Of a stretch of DNA of 64,000 nt, positions 1 through 14,200 are shown in pieces. How positions within the stretch are numbered: the first letter of the stretch is position 1; each line of letters opens with the position of its first letter. Under the pieces are notes generated by a model. That model was not told the DNA's origin, did no database searches, and saw only the letters and a list, made by a program, of their open reading frames with translations. The position numbers were made by a program, and so were the translations under genes. The stretch is taken from assembly GCA_021432655.1 (NCBI GenBank), contig MU271203.1, positions 1 through 64,000 on the forward strand, read 5' to 3'. This DNA comes from Atractiella rhizophila (Eukaryota).

Positions 1-169
1 GTTCTTCACGACACATAACGGATTGATTTCTATTCAAGGTACAGAATGATGCGTTGAAGTATCTACGAATGACATGCATGCAAGGGGGAGAGGGAGATGC
101 GAACGACTGGCTTGTTGAAAGCGCACACTTTTTCGGTACGAAATCTGAGCAAACATCTTCAAAAAGGAT

Positions 170-1858
170 CTAAACCAACATTCTCGTTTTGACGTTTGAA
201 GGGGCTTGAGAAATAGCGTCAAAGATCTCTTTGATCATTTTCCAGTTTTCTTCTTCCTCCTTCCCTCCCGCCGTCAACTCGATATCTGCCATCAGATACG
301 CGATGTCTCCTCTCGAATCTGAGAACTGTTTCTCAACGTTGTACTCTCCCAGGATGGCATTCACGCGCTTCAGTACTCCGGGTTGATTCAAGTGGATGTG
401 ACAGAGACGAGCGATGTTGTCCTTCAGGATGGGACGAAGAGAGACCTCTGGGAAGTTGACTGCGCCAATCGTTGAACCAAAATTGAGATATCGAACGATC
501 GCAGAACCGACTTCAGTGCCGATCATTCGTTGTGCTTCTTCCGTCGAACCGCCAATGTGAGGGGTGAGAATGATGTTGGGGATGGAAGCGAGATCGGAGT
601 GCCAGGCATTCAAAGAGCTGTTAAAATTGGGACCGTTCCCTGCTGGTTCGCGAGGAAAAACATCAAGGGCAGCACCGGCTAGATGACCACTTTTCAAAGC
701 TTCGACAAGATCTTCGATCTTCACAACTGAGCCACGAGCGTTATTGATGAGGTAGCTGCCATTCTTCATCTTCTTCAACTGAGCAGCACCAATCATCCCT
801 TTAGTCTCCGGAAGTTCTGGAACGTGAAGCGTGACGAAGTCGGATGATTGCAGCAGATCGTCCAGCGTTGGAACTTGCTTCGCAGATCCCAAGGGCATTA
901 TTGGAATCACGTCGTAGTAGATGACCGTTAAGCCCATCGATTCTGCAAGGACAGATAGCTGAGATCCAATGTGCCCATAGCCTACGATTCCGAGAGTCTT
1001 TCCTCGTACCTCCCAGCAACCTTTGCTGACCTACTTCCGTATTCAACTAAAAAGAAAGACTGAAAGGAGGAATGACAGACCTTGTTCCAAATACCTTTAC
1101 GCATTTCTTCGCTCCTATCGCAGAGCTGTCGACTGAGTGCGATGACTTCAGAGATGACAAGTTCCGCAACGGATCTCGAGTTCGAAAATGGGGAGTTGAA
1201 GACTGCAATGCCAGCCTTTGCACAAGCCAAGAGATCGACTTGATTTGTGCCGATGCAAAAGCAGCCAACAATCAAAAGCTTCCCAAGCGAGGCAAATTTC
1301 TCCGTCACTTCCCTGTTGAAAGGACGAAGAGGTACGCACATGGTCTTTAGTTTCCTCGACCACACGAGCTGTGACCTTGGTTTTGCTCCTGATACCCAAT
1401 CCTGAATATCTGCCCTCTTTCAACTTCGCGATCAGCTCCTCCTCTCCCAAGCTTCCCTTCATCTCAACCACATCATAATCCGCATCCTTCTCAGTGAGAA
1501 TATTGACGGCGGTTTGGTTGACGTTCTCTAGCAACAAAATCCTAGGCCTTCGTTTCGATTTTGTAGGGGTTCCTGGCACTGTGCGTGTGGGCGAAGGGTA
1601 GCGAGAAGAGGAAAATTGTTTCAAGGTTCTGAAAGTGGCAATTCCAGCGCCGGGAGGAGAGCCAGAGGAGAATGATTGAGCAAGGGGATGTCTACTATCT
1701 GGAGGCGAATAAGAGACAGAAGGATGGAACGTGTCTTGTCCATGATTGGCATATTGGGCTGGGGAAGAATTCCTAGAAATTGCTATGGGCGTTGTTGTTG
1801 GTTCGTTAGAAGACACTGAATTTTGAGACAGTCGTCTCGTTAGCAAGCTGGGTGCCAT
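170..1858 (-). CDS. SER3: D-3-phosphoglycerate dehydrogenase (spliced)
   Basis: ORF fragments join across short GT-AG introns: GLGIRSKTKVT, GCFCIGTNQVDL, NSPFSNSRSVAEL, INNARG, LTPHIGGSTEEAQ, C-terminal ACT-like domain. Confidence 0.95.
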
Positions 1859-2983
1859 GAGGATTATGTGCTCACTCTTGCGTTTCAGCGACAGCTACTT
1901 ATATTCTGTTAGCAACCTCTTTTGTTGGTGGTTTTTGTTGAGTGATTCAGCGAGACTTGCGCTTTGCTGAAAGCTGATGGAATTCCCATTGCGCCACGCT
2001 CAAAAAATGGTGCACGTGCTATTACTTATCTGATGTCACTTCCCTATTACGAAAGCAAGCGTTCACGAGGAAGAAAGACTCCATTCACGCACACACTTCA
2101 CCAACGTCTGCCGCAGAACGAAGCATTTCAAAGGCTTGGGATACAAAACGGCGCCAGATGCTAGTTAGTCTGAGAAGGATACTCCAGTGTCAAGCACACA
2201 CCATCGAATGACGGTTGACGATGGCGACAGTGATTTACCTGTTCCGCGATGAATAGCGCCTGTTATGTTGGAGTACGCACAAACCACTTTAGACGCAATT
2301 CCGTGAAGCTGCTGACAGTTGTGACGTGGAGTAAAACAGGGTAAACACTGGTCAGAGACTCGTTCAAAACTAACTTCTAACTATTGGGTCTTCAGTAAGA
2401 ATTAAGCGGTGACCATTGGGGAACCTCTGAGTGTGCACTCTTTTGTGCGGTTACTTGTTGCTGCTGTCGCTTCAAACTATCTCTAATGTGAACGCGAAAG
2501 AATTAGGCAGCTCCACTTGTCTGAAACGAGTAAAGCCAGTGAATGATGGGACCGAGCGAGATTTCAATGTTTTCCCTCCGCGCCATTTATTTTGCAGACT
2601 ATCACTGGGTATGCTAATGTACCCCAACCAATCTCCTTCATTTTCCATTGCTGGGTGGCGTTTTAGTTTACACGCTGGAATCAGAGTGTGTTTTGGAAAA
2701 GGACCTGAACGTTCCCATCCGTTCGCGAGGGTAAAGTGATGTGGAGCTAAGGTCTGTTTCGCGCTTATAATAAAAGGCAGGGGCTTTCTCAGAAAATATA
2801 CAAAGCGATCAATTTCTGGTAGAGGTGACGCTTCTCTTCATCATTGAACATCAGGTTTGCTAATATGCACTGTCATTCAGACCCGAAAGAAACCTCAAAT
2901 ACGGCGTGAACATCACGACATCGGCTTCATACAAAGGTAAAGTCTTTTCTTGTTATAAGAAGGACGTACTAAAATGTGGTAAG

Positions 2984-3361
2984 ATGCACTTACCCCTGCT
3001 CACTCTTGCCTTTACCTGCCTCTCCACCTTCGTCATAGCCGACGGAGGACCGTGGGCCGCCTTCTTCTCTGAAAAAAGTGCCAATTGCGACAACCAGCCT
3101 GCCAATGCGGTCGTTGGAGGAGGCTTCAAGCCCAACTGTGATGGAACGTGCCATATTTTCGGCAGCGCGGTCAACACAGCAATGGTATGGGGACATTTGA
3201 TAGCTGCTGGTCCCGCAGGAAAGTTCACATCATGCGACGTCTACCCTACGAGAGATTGCACCGGCAACTTCCAGACTGTGAGGGGCGTGAGCAAGAATCA
3301 GTGCGTCTCGCAAGGACTCACTACGTCCTCTTGGTCTGCCCATTGCTACTATGATTGCTAA
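2984..3361 (+). CDS. Small secreted cysteine-rich protein, 125 aa
   Basis: Intronless ORF from MHLPLLTLAFTCLSTFVIA (signal-peptide-like); 8 Cys in the mature part; ends SAHCYYDC. Confidence 0.8.
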   Translation: MHLPLLTLAFTCLSTFVIADGGPWAAFFSEKSANCDNQPANAVVGGGFKPNCDGTCHIFGSAVNTAMVWGHLIAAGPAGKFTSCDVYPTRDCTGNFQTVRGVSKNQCVSQGLTTSSWSAHCYYDC

Positions 3362-3982
3362 AGGATTCTTGTTGTGCTGAATGTAATGCTTGAATTGAAA
3401 TGAGATTCATCTCGCTCTTTGAGACGTTGGGTTCAGAATACAGAACACATTTGCTAGCTCCTTCAATTTGAGGCGAAAACGCATTGGGCGCTGTCATTAA
3501 AGTGAGGGCAATCCACAGAGCACTTCTTATGGATGAGGATGATTATGAGTCTGTGGTAGCCAAGTAGTGGCAAGCTCACATCTTGAATGTTGACGTTTCC
3601 AACCAAAAAGGTAGAAATCAAACGGTGGGAAGACCGTGCTAAGACTTGTCTTAGTATCGGCTCAACGTTGTTCGCGAAAAAGAGAGGCCAAACCATGCCA
3701 GATTATAAATTGCGATCCTTAACAAGAGAAGACAATAGGAACTCCCCATAATAATACTCCATACTCGGCTACATTAGATCTAGGTAATGAAGACACACTA
3801 CCCAAATCACTTCTCATCATCTAATGCGCGTCTGCCATCCTTAATTTCCCTGCTTTGGTCCAAGTTCCTTCATTTTCCCACCAGACACTGCCCCTTTCAC
3901 TTAGCAAGTCTTGACACTTCTGCAGAAGAACTAGAGCGAGATTACACTGCCAAGTGAGCACTCCGCCAAACCCCTCAACACG

Positions 3983-6900
3983 ATGCCTCCTGTGCCATTG
4001 CCCAACATTCCGCCAGGCACTCTGCCTCCAGGGACGACGGTACAAGTGGGAGAACACCTGGTCACCATTGAAAAGTTTCTGTCGGAAGGTGCTGAAGAGT
4101 TCCCAGCAACCCTGGCGGTACTGACCAGCTTGTAGGAGGATTCGCACATGTCTACCTCGTCCGATCATCAAAGCCCATTGGAGGGCTTAGTCTACATGTG
4201 CTCAAACGTGTTGCTGTGCCAGATAAGGAGAGCCTGAAAGTTGTGAGGAAGGAAGTGGATGTTATGGTTTGTCTTCTCGTTGTCGTGAGGGCTAGTGGAT
4301 GGATATGAATGGCTGACTTGAGGTGAGTAGAAGGTGCTGAGGAATCACCCTAAGATTGTCAATTTCATCGAAGCTACTGCTTCAAATTTACCGCATTCCA
4401 ATGGATACGAGGTGTTCATCCTGATGGAATTCTGTGCAGGTGTGTTTATCGCTACTCCCAGGCACACCATCCGAACCCAAACTGCTGATAGGTGGGGGAA
4501 TTATTGATATGCTCAATACACGCCTTCAGAACCGATTAACGGAGTTTGAGATTCTCAAGATCTTCTCGGACACGGTCGAAGTATGTCCACGTTTCTGTCG
4601 TAGCCATTAATTCTGGAAAGCGTTAAGTGTTATTTGCAAGGCTGTCGCACACATGCACTACCAGAACCCACCTCTCATTCACCTGGATCTTAAAGTCCGT
4701 CCATCCTTGTGCGTCCTTCGAGCGCAGAACTCACACCAAGCTCGGATGGCAGGTCGAGAACATCCTGCTCGCTCCAGGGCCACCGCAAACCTTCAAGCTT
4801 TGCGACTTCGGTTCTACGCGTCCGCCTCTTCCTCAATCTCCCGCAAGCGTGCCCGAACTCCAAGCACTTGAAACGGAGATCAATCGGTATGTCCGCTGGG
4901 TTGCTAGTGGAATCAGGTTGGTTTACAATCTTTGTTACAGGACAACGACTCTACAGTATCGTTCTCCTGAGCTTGTGGATGTTTGGCGAAGGGGCGGAAT
5001 GGCGGAGCCTGTTGGTACGTTTCCATCGAGTTGTACCTCTTACCACTGAATGTGCCGACCGAACAGACATTTGGGCGCTGGGGGTGTTGCTGTATAAGCT
5101 CTGTTACTACACCACCCCCTTTGAGGAACATGGCCCTCTGGCAATTCTGAGTGTACAATACAAGTTCCCGCCATTTCCAGCCTATTCGAACGAGATGAAG
5201 GCCCTTATCAGTGCGTACTTAGAATCAGAAAGCTGGATTATTAGTAACAAGCCTGATTGTAGGCTCAATGCTTCAAGAACATCCTAGCTCGCGACCGAAC
5301 ATCTATCAAGTGCATGAGCGCGTCTGTAAGCTACGGGGTATCCCTGTACGGCTGGAGAACGTGAGTTAACTCTCTTCTGCGACCAGTAATGCTTCAGTCT
5401 AAATGTTCTCCAGAAATACAAGAAGTCTCCTGTTGTCCCAAGTCTCCCCGCCTCACGCTCTCCCCCCATCACCTCTCCCACGAAACGACCAGGAACGATC
5501 TCTCTTCCATTCTCACCTCCGGCCCAGCATCTATCCCTGACACCTCCGCACTCGTGGATTCCATCCATCCCATGCGCAGAGGACGTCCACAAGCACAAGC
5601 TCCAGGAATGGTACATGCCGCACATATGCCCAATCCTGCTTTTCCTACAGGTCACACCGGTCACACCGGTCACGACTCAAATCACAACTTCCCAAAGACG
5701 GAAACGAGGGCCGTGAGGACAGGGATTTCGTCCATGAATCCTGGGAAGCAACCTTGGGAGATAACAGTGGAGAAAGCCCCAAATTCAGCAAAGATGCCTT
5801 CTACTTCGTTCAACACATCTTCCCCCGCAGGATTCGATGACAGTTTTGGAGCGTCCGTTCCTGCTAAAAAACAGTTGACGGGGTTGGACGGATCGAAACC
5901 TTCTTCAAACGAAGTGCCAAAGCCAATTTCTTCAACCCATCTCGCTGCTCCACTGAACTCCAATGGCGGTCTGGCCCCCTCGGGCACTGGCGGGAAGATC
6001 ACTGCGTCGCCTTCGCTCACTGGTTGGAGCCTAAAGGAAACGCCAGGTGTAGGGGCCTTCCCTACGAAGTTCACGTATACTGGCGATAGGAAGTCTCCGG
6101 ATGAACAGAGGCTTCCTCCTCCCGTCTCCACTGCTAAGAAACCTGGAAGAGACGACGCTGCCGCCGAAAGTGACTTTATTGCTCGCTTTCCTGCCCTCGA
6201 TCTGTCCTCCTTCTCTACACCAGCAGAGTCGTCGGTGGCGCCTAAGTCAAGCGGCCTACCTCCTGGTGCTGGATACGTTGATTCGAAGAAGGACGTGTTT
6301 GAAAAGATCTCAAAACCAACGGTGGATGCACCTCCTGTCAAGGTCGCAACGAGTGCTTATACCCCGACGTTTCAGAGTATGGCAGAGAAGCCGAAGTTGC
6401 CTGTTACTTCTGCTGCCGCCGGTTTGAAGGAAGAAGTGGGCCCCCCTCTGCCCAGGAGACCTCCGGTGAATGCCGAAGCATCTAAACCTGAAGTTCGTCC
6501 AAAATTGATAAATAAATCTTCGCAGACTTCTCCCCATCTACTCGCTTCCCTCCTGCCCCAAGCCATCGAGGCCTCTCAAGCTTCGACATCAAATGCTACG
6601 AGTCGATCAAATCCCTCGAATGTCTCAGCGACTGGCCCAATGAAAGTCAACAAGCCAGCTGGGTCGGTACAAGCATCACCGAGAGCAGACTGGAGACACG
6701 ACACAACGAAGGCAAACGACCGTCAACCTCCTGTGAAGCAAGCTACGAAACCACTGTCCAAGGTTGCAAAGCAGACAGCAGCATTCGACTTGCTAACCGA
6801 TGGCGACGAAGGTCCAAGATCTTTCTCGTTGACTCCTACTCTCACTGCTTCCGGGTCTTCCGTTCCTCCATCCACAGTTTCGAATGACAATGCTAACAAG

Positions 6901-8034
6901 AGGAAATCTATGCCTCCAATGGCTTTCAGTGCCGGACCGTCGAGGGAGCAGTTTCGCCCAGCGAAAGCGGTTGCAGCTAAGCAGGAAACAAAGCCCTCCG
7001 ATCAGCGAACAATCCGACCCAGCGGCCATACAAATTTGATGGATCAGATAAACGGAGCGAAGGAGGAGTGGGACAAGGCGCAAGAAGTCGAACAGGCTGA
7101 TTCTAGTGAAGGTGAAATGTATGTCACCCGCAAGACGTTGCAGCGTTCGCCACGGCCGTCATCTGCGTCCACGTCGATTCAAGGGCCTTCTACAAACACA
7201 ACGTTCAGCGAGTCTGGCAGTGAAGGTGGCCGTATTGATATTGGACCTGCGCTCGCTTCCATTGCAAAGTTCGCTCCAGCAGCGAATTCCAAGCCGCCGC
7301 CAGTCGAACGAGCTGATTCTTCTCCCGACAATACCGGCCCTGAAGATGCTTCGAGTAACAACAAGCGTTGGTCTAAGAGCGCCACCATCCTGGCCCCTGC
7401 GTCCGATAGAGCGGTCCCAATCACAGCACCCAAGCCACTATCTCTCAAGTCATCAGCCGCTATTTCTAACCTCGTTTCTCAATACGACCACCTTTCAAGC
7501 CCTCCTACCTCTCCTACCTCCTCTACTGGGGCTTCTGTCACCCGTCGATTACCCAATCAACCCTCCAAGCCAGATAAACCCAAGAAGCTAAGAGGCAACT
7601 CCCTTCTTGTGTCTGATAGCTCCTCCCCCAAGTCCTCCCATCAGGAATTAGACGACTTTTCTGATCGGTTTCCTGAGCTCGAGGAGCCGAAAGCCACACA
7701 GACGATTGGGAAGAAGTTTAGCTCACCGACTCAGCATCAGGCATTGACAGGGTCATCACTCCCAGCCACGAAGTCATCAACCTCTTCCTCCGTCGATCGA
7801 CAACCATTCAAACCGACCAAAGTCACCAGTCCGCCTCGCAATGTTAACTCTTTTGGGTCTCCTAAATTGCCAGGATCCCCTGCGGTGCGGGATGGTCAAG
7901 ATGGGGAAGAGAAGTTCCAAGGGGTCTCAAAGATGGTCTCACGCTGGCAAAACGCAACGACGACGCAGAAGCCTACCCTGACTGGCGCAAGTGACGCTAG
8001 AAGTCGAATGAGACAAGAGTGGGGTGAAATGTAG
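3983..8034 (+). CDS. NAK-family (Ark1/Prk1/AAK1-like) Ser/Thr kinase with long Pro/Ser-rich tail
   Basis: Spliced exons give [76 protein letters not shown], followed by an ~870 aa low-complexity exon. Confidence 0.9.
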
Positions 8035-8260
8035 AGCGATGGACATGTTATTTCATAGGAATCAGTGGAAAACTTGGAAGATGTAGTTCTCATGACATCA
8101 ATCTTGTCCTCTGGAGTGCATAGTATTACAAAGTCCGTTTTGTGGGACCTTTTGATGATTACAACATGGAGACCGTGAAATAGGGTATGTACCCAAAGGC
8201 GAGTTGGCACAAATGCCCAAGAAATGGAATGGACCCGACACTTCGAAATAAAAATATTGA

Positions 8261-11200
8261 TCAAACAGTCTCTCTCAGTCGGTAGAATATGACGACGTCA
8301 GACCCTTGTCTGAATATAAACTGTTTCACAGATCCCAAAGTCATGTGCGCGGAAAGGATTTCTCCTGCGCAAGTAAGCTCAATCAACTCTTCTGGAGGAA
8401 CCAGGTCGTCCTTGCTCTTCGAGGCGGTAGATTGCATTGAGGCGTCGCTGGCGCTTTTGACGAGCTCATGTGTCTCCGCTCCGTTGACAGAAAGACTGCT
8501 TTGTCTGCTTCGCCGAGTTACAGCCAGGTTCAGCTTTTCAGCAACATAGGCAGCGATCTTCTTGACTCTGAGAATCTTGTTTGCTGTCAGCCTCGTGTTA
8601 CTATGTTTGGGGTCAGTAACGTCAATTTGAAACGGGATTCCTCACCCGTTAGGAAGGGCAGGAAGGGCACGATCTGCAGACGTTTCCAGAGGGTTGAGGA
8701 CGAAGGACACCTTTGCGGGGTCTTTGACATTGTGGCGACCTCCTAGCAAAGCTTCAAGCAGCCATTGGGGAGATATCATTTCTAAAACTGCAGCATCCCG
8801 TTTAGTAGACGATGTCAAGCCTCTATAGACCACGACCCAGGCGCCTGATTCCGATGTTTCTTCCTCGATCGAGATGGACATGTCTTGCTCGTAGATTATG
8901 GGAGGAACCTCTGCCAGTGATAAGGGGGCGAAAGGTTTCGAAAGGACGAGGTTTAGCATTTGCATTTGCTGACGTTCTGATTCAGAGAGGTGGGCGTATA
9001 TATCTGGCGTTTGTACAATTTCTAAATCGTTGTTCTCGGGCATGACCACGTTCGACGTTTCGGACTGACTCTCGCTTGCCTGTTGCTTCTTTCGACCACC
9101 AAAACTCTTCAACCGACCCATGAAAGAGAGATTTGCGGGTTGAGATGGTAGATTGGCGGCAGGGGTCTTTGGAGAAGTGGAACTGGAAACCTCTGTGAGA
9201 GCCGATTTGGGCGGTGTGGGCGAGTTTGGAGGTTCAGGACCAAGCGGGAGAGAAGGCATTTTGGCGGTAGTTGGCGAAGCGACTGGATAAGAGAAGTAGT
9301 CACGGGATGAGCTGTCTTTCGAATGGGGGGTCTGATCGTCATTGGATTCATTCTGCCCTTGATTCTGAGATGGCGACTGTGCTATAGGAGGGAGGGTGAG
9401 GCCTCGGAGGTTCATGGTAGGTGGCTTCGGGGACAGTGTTTGAGATTTGATAGGTGAAGAAAGTAACCGAGAGTCAGGCGGAAGAGCAGGTGTGGGAGCT
9501 GGGGTGGCAAGGCCTATCGTCATTCCTGGCGTGGTCGCACTCCACCCTTTCGAGTTGCTGTTGAGGTTATGAAGCGAGATGTGTCTTGGTCGTGGTTTGC
9601 CATTGGGTAAGTCACTGACAGGAAGACCTGAAGGTGCGTCGAGTCTCTCTTCGGCAGACTCCACATTCTTGAGCTCGAACTCTTGTTCTATGAAACCGCG
9701 GAAGAGATTACGAAGAATCCACTTGCCCATGATCAGCCTTTGATCGTCTTTGAAGCTTGTAAGGATGGAAGGATCAAGGCCACATTCGTCAGCGTAGACC
9801 TCAGCATCAAAGCACCGACTCTCTTCGAGATGGACCGACAATCGCCCCGTACGACAATCCACCGTGCAAAACGTAGTCGTCGTCCCTTCGCCTTCTATGC
9901 GTTCCTTCACAAACCGCAGCGCCTCTTTCCCCTGCGACGCAAGTTCTGAACCGAAATGGTTACCGCTGCCACTACTGCTATCTGCCGATCCTCTCCGGGA
10001 GCTGGAGACATTCAAGAGTTCTTCAGAGTCATACACTCCAACACATTCCCCATGCGCAATATCCCACAGAGCCACTGTGCCCTGAGTATCCACAGAGAGG
10101 ACATGTCGCCGATCATTCAGCATTTCCACCTTCATAAGCCCATGCGAGCCTTCTATGACGGCATCAGGTTCAAGCCTCAACGGGATAGCTTCCGCAGCGA
10201 TTTCGCGGTCTTCAAAGTTCTGTCTCGCGACCAGATGGGCGGCAACGTTTCCATCTAACGCTCCACCCACACCAGCAGGTAGCAGCGACGTGGCTATCGA
10301 TCGTGCTGAGTTGGACGAGTACAGGGTGGCGATGTCCGGGTCTGCTAGGGGTGTGTGGTTGAAAGCTCCTCCACTGGATCCTATGCCCATGGGATCGAGG
10401 TCTGCAGGGGGTGCGAGGGAGACCAAGCTTTCTATGGGGAGTTGGAAGACGTCGGACTCGAAAGATACGGATTGTACTGAGATCGAAGGACGATGTTGTT
10501 GCAGGACGGATCTCTGAGGTCCGTTCACCCTTCGTGAAGTGGGAGAAGACTCAGAAGAGGGAACCTTAGGTATCTTGGCCGTGAGACCAAAAAGCTGTGA
10601 GCTGGAAACGGGCACATCTCCATCAGCCGCAGAGTTCGATCTCGTCCGGATCGGACTGTCGAGCTGATTGGGATCCGAAAGTCTCCTCTTCCCCTCCCTC
10701 TCCCTCTTCGCCTGCCTCGCCAATCGAGCTCTATGTTCTCTCGGCTTGATGTCCTTCCACCTCTTGATATCGCTCGTCCCCGTCGCCGTCCAGATGTATC
10801 GATCGTCCAAGGCGATGATCTTGTTGATGCCCGCTCCATCCAGATCCGACTCGTCTCCATCCTTGAGCAGCGCTACACACTCTCCTTCTCCGATCTCGGA
10901 CGCGCCTTGAAGGTCGACTTTGCACACGATTCCAGCTCGATCTCCCGAGTAGAAGATGTCGAGGTTGGGATGGGCGGAGTAGAGGGACCAGACGGAGTCG
11001 GAGTGGTAGGTGAAGGTGTGCATGACGCGCTGCATCGGGATGGACCAAAGCTTGACCGTCGCGTCTGAGGAAGCCGATAGGACCTGTTTGGATATTTCTT
11101 TTAACAAACGACGAAAGATGAACGAAGGACTAGACGGACATGTCGACCGTCCTCGCTGACGAGGAGACTGCGGATGTTATCTGTGTGACCAGCCAAACTA

Positions 11201-14200
11201 GCGATGGTAGCCCTGCTCCGGGGATCGTACACCTTCACGACTCTCTCCGGCGATCCAGTTGCGATGGTAGTTCCAGACTTATTGACTCCTAACGAGTATA
11301 TGGATCCGCGAGGAGAGTCGTCTATGATCTCGACTGCGACATCGCCCATCAGACCCATTGCGCCGATGGCGAGAACAGAGTAGGTTCGGTACTCACTGAC
11401 TGGATCTTTCCGCCACTCTTGGACGTCCCACAGTTTCAACTTCTTATCGAATCCACCGCTAGCGACCCAATTCTGCTCCTCCCTTGACGATGACGGTCAA
11501 TCCAAACGCCAGCATTCGAATGGAATGGAGTTGACGAAAACGCACGAGTATCCCAAACAGCGTACATAGTCGGTATGAGTCCCTACCACTTGCGGAGTCA
11601 TGGCGTTATCGGGATCGTGGGGTAGCCAAGCTTTAACCGTCCGGTCGTTGGATGAAGTGATCACTATCCTCCCTCAGACAGTTAGTCCAATGTGCTTCGA
11701 TGATGTGGTGGCAGAGAGGCTTCACCTGTTCGGTTGAGGTTGCAGAGCGCGATATCGGTTATCCAGTCCGTGTGGGACTGGATGCATTGTCGGAACTTGG
11801 TTGGGGGTGGTGTCTGCGCGCAGCGATCAGTCAGGTCAGCACTTTCTTTATTCCTACTCAATACGCAATGGTGATTATCAGGAGAACATTGATGGTATGC
11901 TGTAGAGAGTGAAGTCTCTTTCGGATATTAGAATACCACCACGATTATGGCATGAGGCAACATGGGATTTTAGACCAGAAGTACGTAAGAACTGCATCAG
12001 TAACTGGTACGAAATATCTACACAATTCAGCTACATGCGAAAGTCACTGTCGCAAGAGCTGACAGGGGGTCTACCTGACTGTGCTAAAATACAACCACAG
12101 CGCCGGCAGGTGACGAGTCCCGAGGTGTCCAGCATATGAATCATAGAGCAAGGATACATCATTGCAAAAGATGAGGTAGTTCGCACTCCATTGATCCTTC
12201 CATTGTTCTCGGCACTTCTTCACTTCCATGTCCCACGACCATGGTCTGGAGCGGAACTATGCATGATCCTTTTATACCCAAGTGCATGGTATTCGTTTCA
12301 TCCCACAGCGTAGTTGCAAGTGCTCTGGATTACATGGAAGAGTGATGCCACACACTAACACGGTTCGGAGAGGGATTACGCTCCAGATCAAGAGAGACCA
12401 AATGAAGATGAAGAAACGCTCTGACATGTACAACACATAATCCCGCTAATCAAAGCTTAGAAAGCAAGAAGAAGACGAAGCAGGACAAGCTCGGCGAGCG
12501 TTGCATGCATACATCTCACGTCCGCCTCCGATACAACGATAACAGCACCGAACCTCGCGCAAACACTCCGAAGGAAGAAGGAAGAAGGAAGGAGCACATA
12601 CCCACTCTCCCTCCCTACTCCTCCACCCACCCTCCCTCCACTCCGTCACCAACCCCAGCTCCCACGAAGCCACGAGTCCATTGATATCGCTCGTCCCCGT
12701 CGCCGTCCAAATGTATCGATCGTCCAAGGCGATGATCTTGTTGATGCCCGCTCCATCCAGATCCGATTCGTCTCCATCCTTGAGCAGCGCTACACACTCT
12801 CCTTCTCCGATCTCGGAGGCGCCTTGAAGGTCGACTTTGCAAACGATTCCCGCTCGATCTCCCGAGTAGAAGATGTCGAGGTTGGGATGGGCGGAGTAGA
12901 GAGACCAGACGGAGTCGGAGTGGTAGGTGAAGGTGTGCATGACGCGCTGCATCGGGATGGACCAAAGCTTGACTGTCGCGTCTGAGGAAGCCGATAGGAC
13001 CTGTTTGGATATTTCTTTAACAAACGACGAAAGATGAGGGAAGGACTGGACGGACGTGTCGACCGTCCTCGCTGACGAGGAGACTGCGAATGTTGTCTGT
13101 GTGACCAGCCAAACTGGCTATGGTAGCCCTACTCCGGGGATCGTACACCTTCACGACTCTCTCCGGCGATCCAGTTGCGATAGTGGTTCCAGACTTATTG
13201 ACTCCTAACGAGTATATGGATCCGCGAGGAGAGTCGTCTATGATCTCGACTGCGACATCACCCATCAGACCCATTGCGCCGATGGCGAGAACAGAATAGG
13301 TTTGGTACTCACTGACTGGATCTTTCCGCCACTCTTGGACGTCCCACAGCTTCAACTTCTTATCGAATCCACCGCTAGCGACCCAATTCTGTTCCTCCCT
13401 TGACGATGACGGTCAATCCAAACGCCAGCATTCGAATGGGATGGAGTTGACGAAAACGCACGAGTATCCCAAACAGCGTACATAATCGGTATGAGTCCCT
13501 ACCACCTGCGGAGTCATGGCGTTATCGGGATCGTGGGGTAGCCAAGCTTTAACCGTCCGGTCGTTGGATGAGGTGATCACTATCCTCCCTCCGACAGTTA
13601 GTCCAATGTGTTTCTGCAATGTGGTGGCAGAGAGGCTTCACCTGTTCGGTTCAGGTTGCAGAGTGCGATATCGGTTATCCAGTCTGTGTGGGACTGGATG
13701 CATTGTCGGAACTTGGTTGGGGGTGGTGTCTGCGCGCAGCGATCAGTCAGGTCAGCACTTTCTTTATTCCTACTCAATACGCAATGGTGATTATCAGGAG
13801 AACATTGATGGTATGCCGCAGAGAGTGAAGTCTCTTTCGGATATTAGAATACCACGACGATTATGAGATGAGGCAACATGGGATTTTAGACCAGAAGTAT
13901 GTAAGAACTGCATCAGTAACTGGTACGAAATATCTACACAATTCAGCTACATGCGAAAGTCACTGTCGCAAGAGCTGACAGGGGGTCTACCTGACTGTGC
14001 TAAAATACAACCACAGCGCCGGCAGGTGACGAGTCCCGAGGTGTCCAGCATATGAATCATAGAGCAAGGATACATCATTGCAAAAGATGAGGTAGTTCGC
14101 ACTCCATTGATCCTTCCATTGTTCTCGGCACTTCTTCACTTCCATGTCCCACGACCATGGTCTGGAGCGGAACTATGCATGATCCTTTTATACCCAAGTG

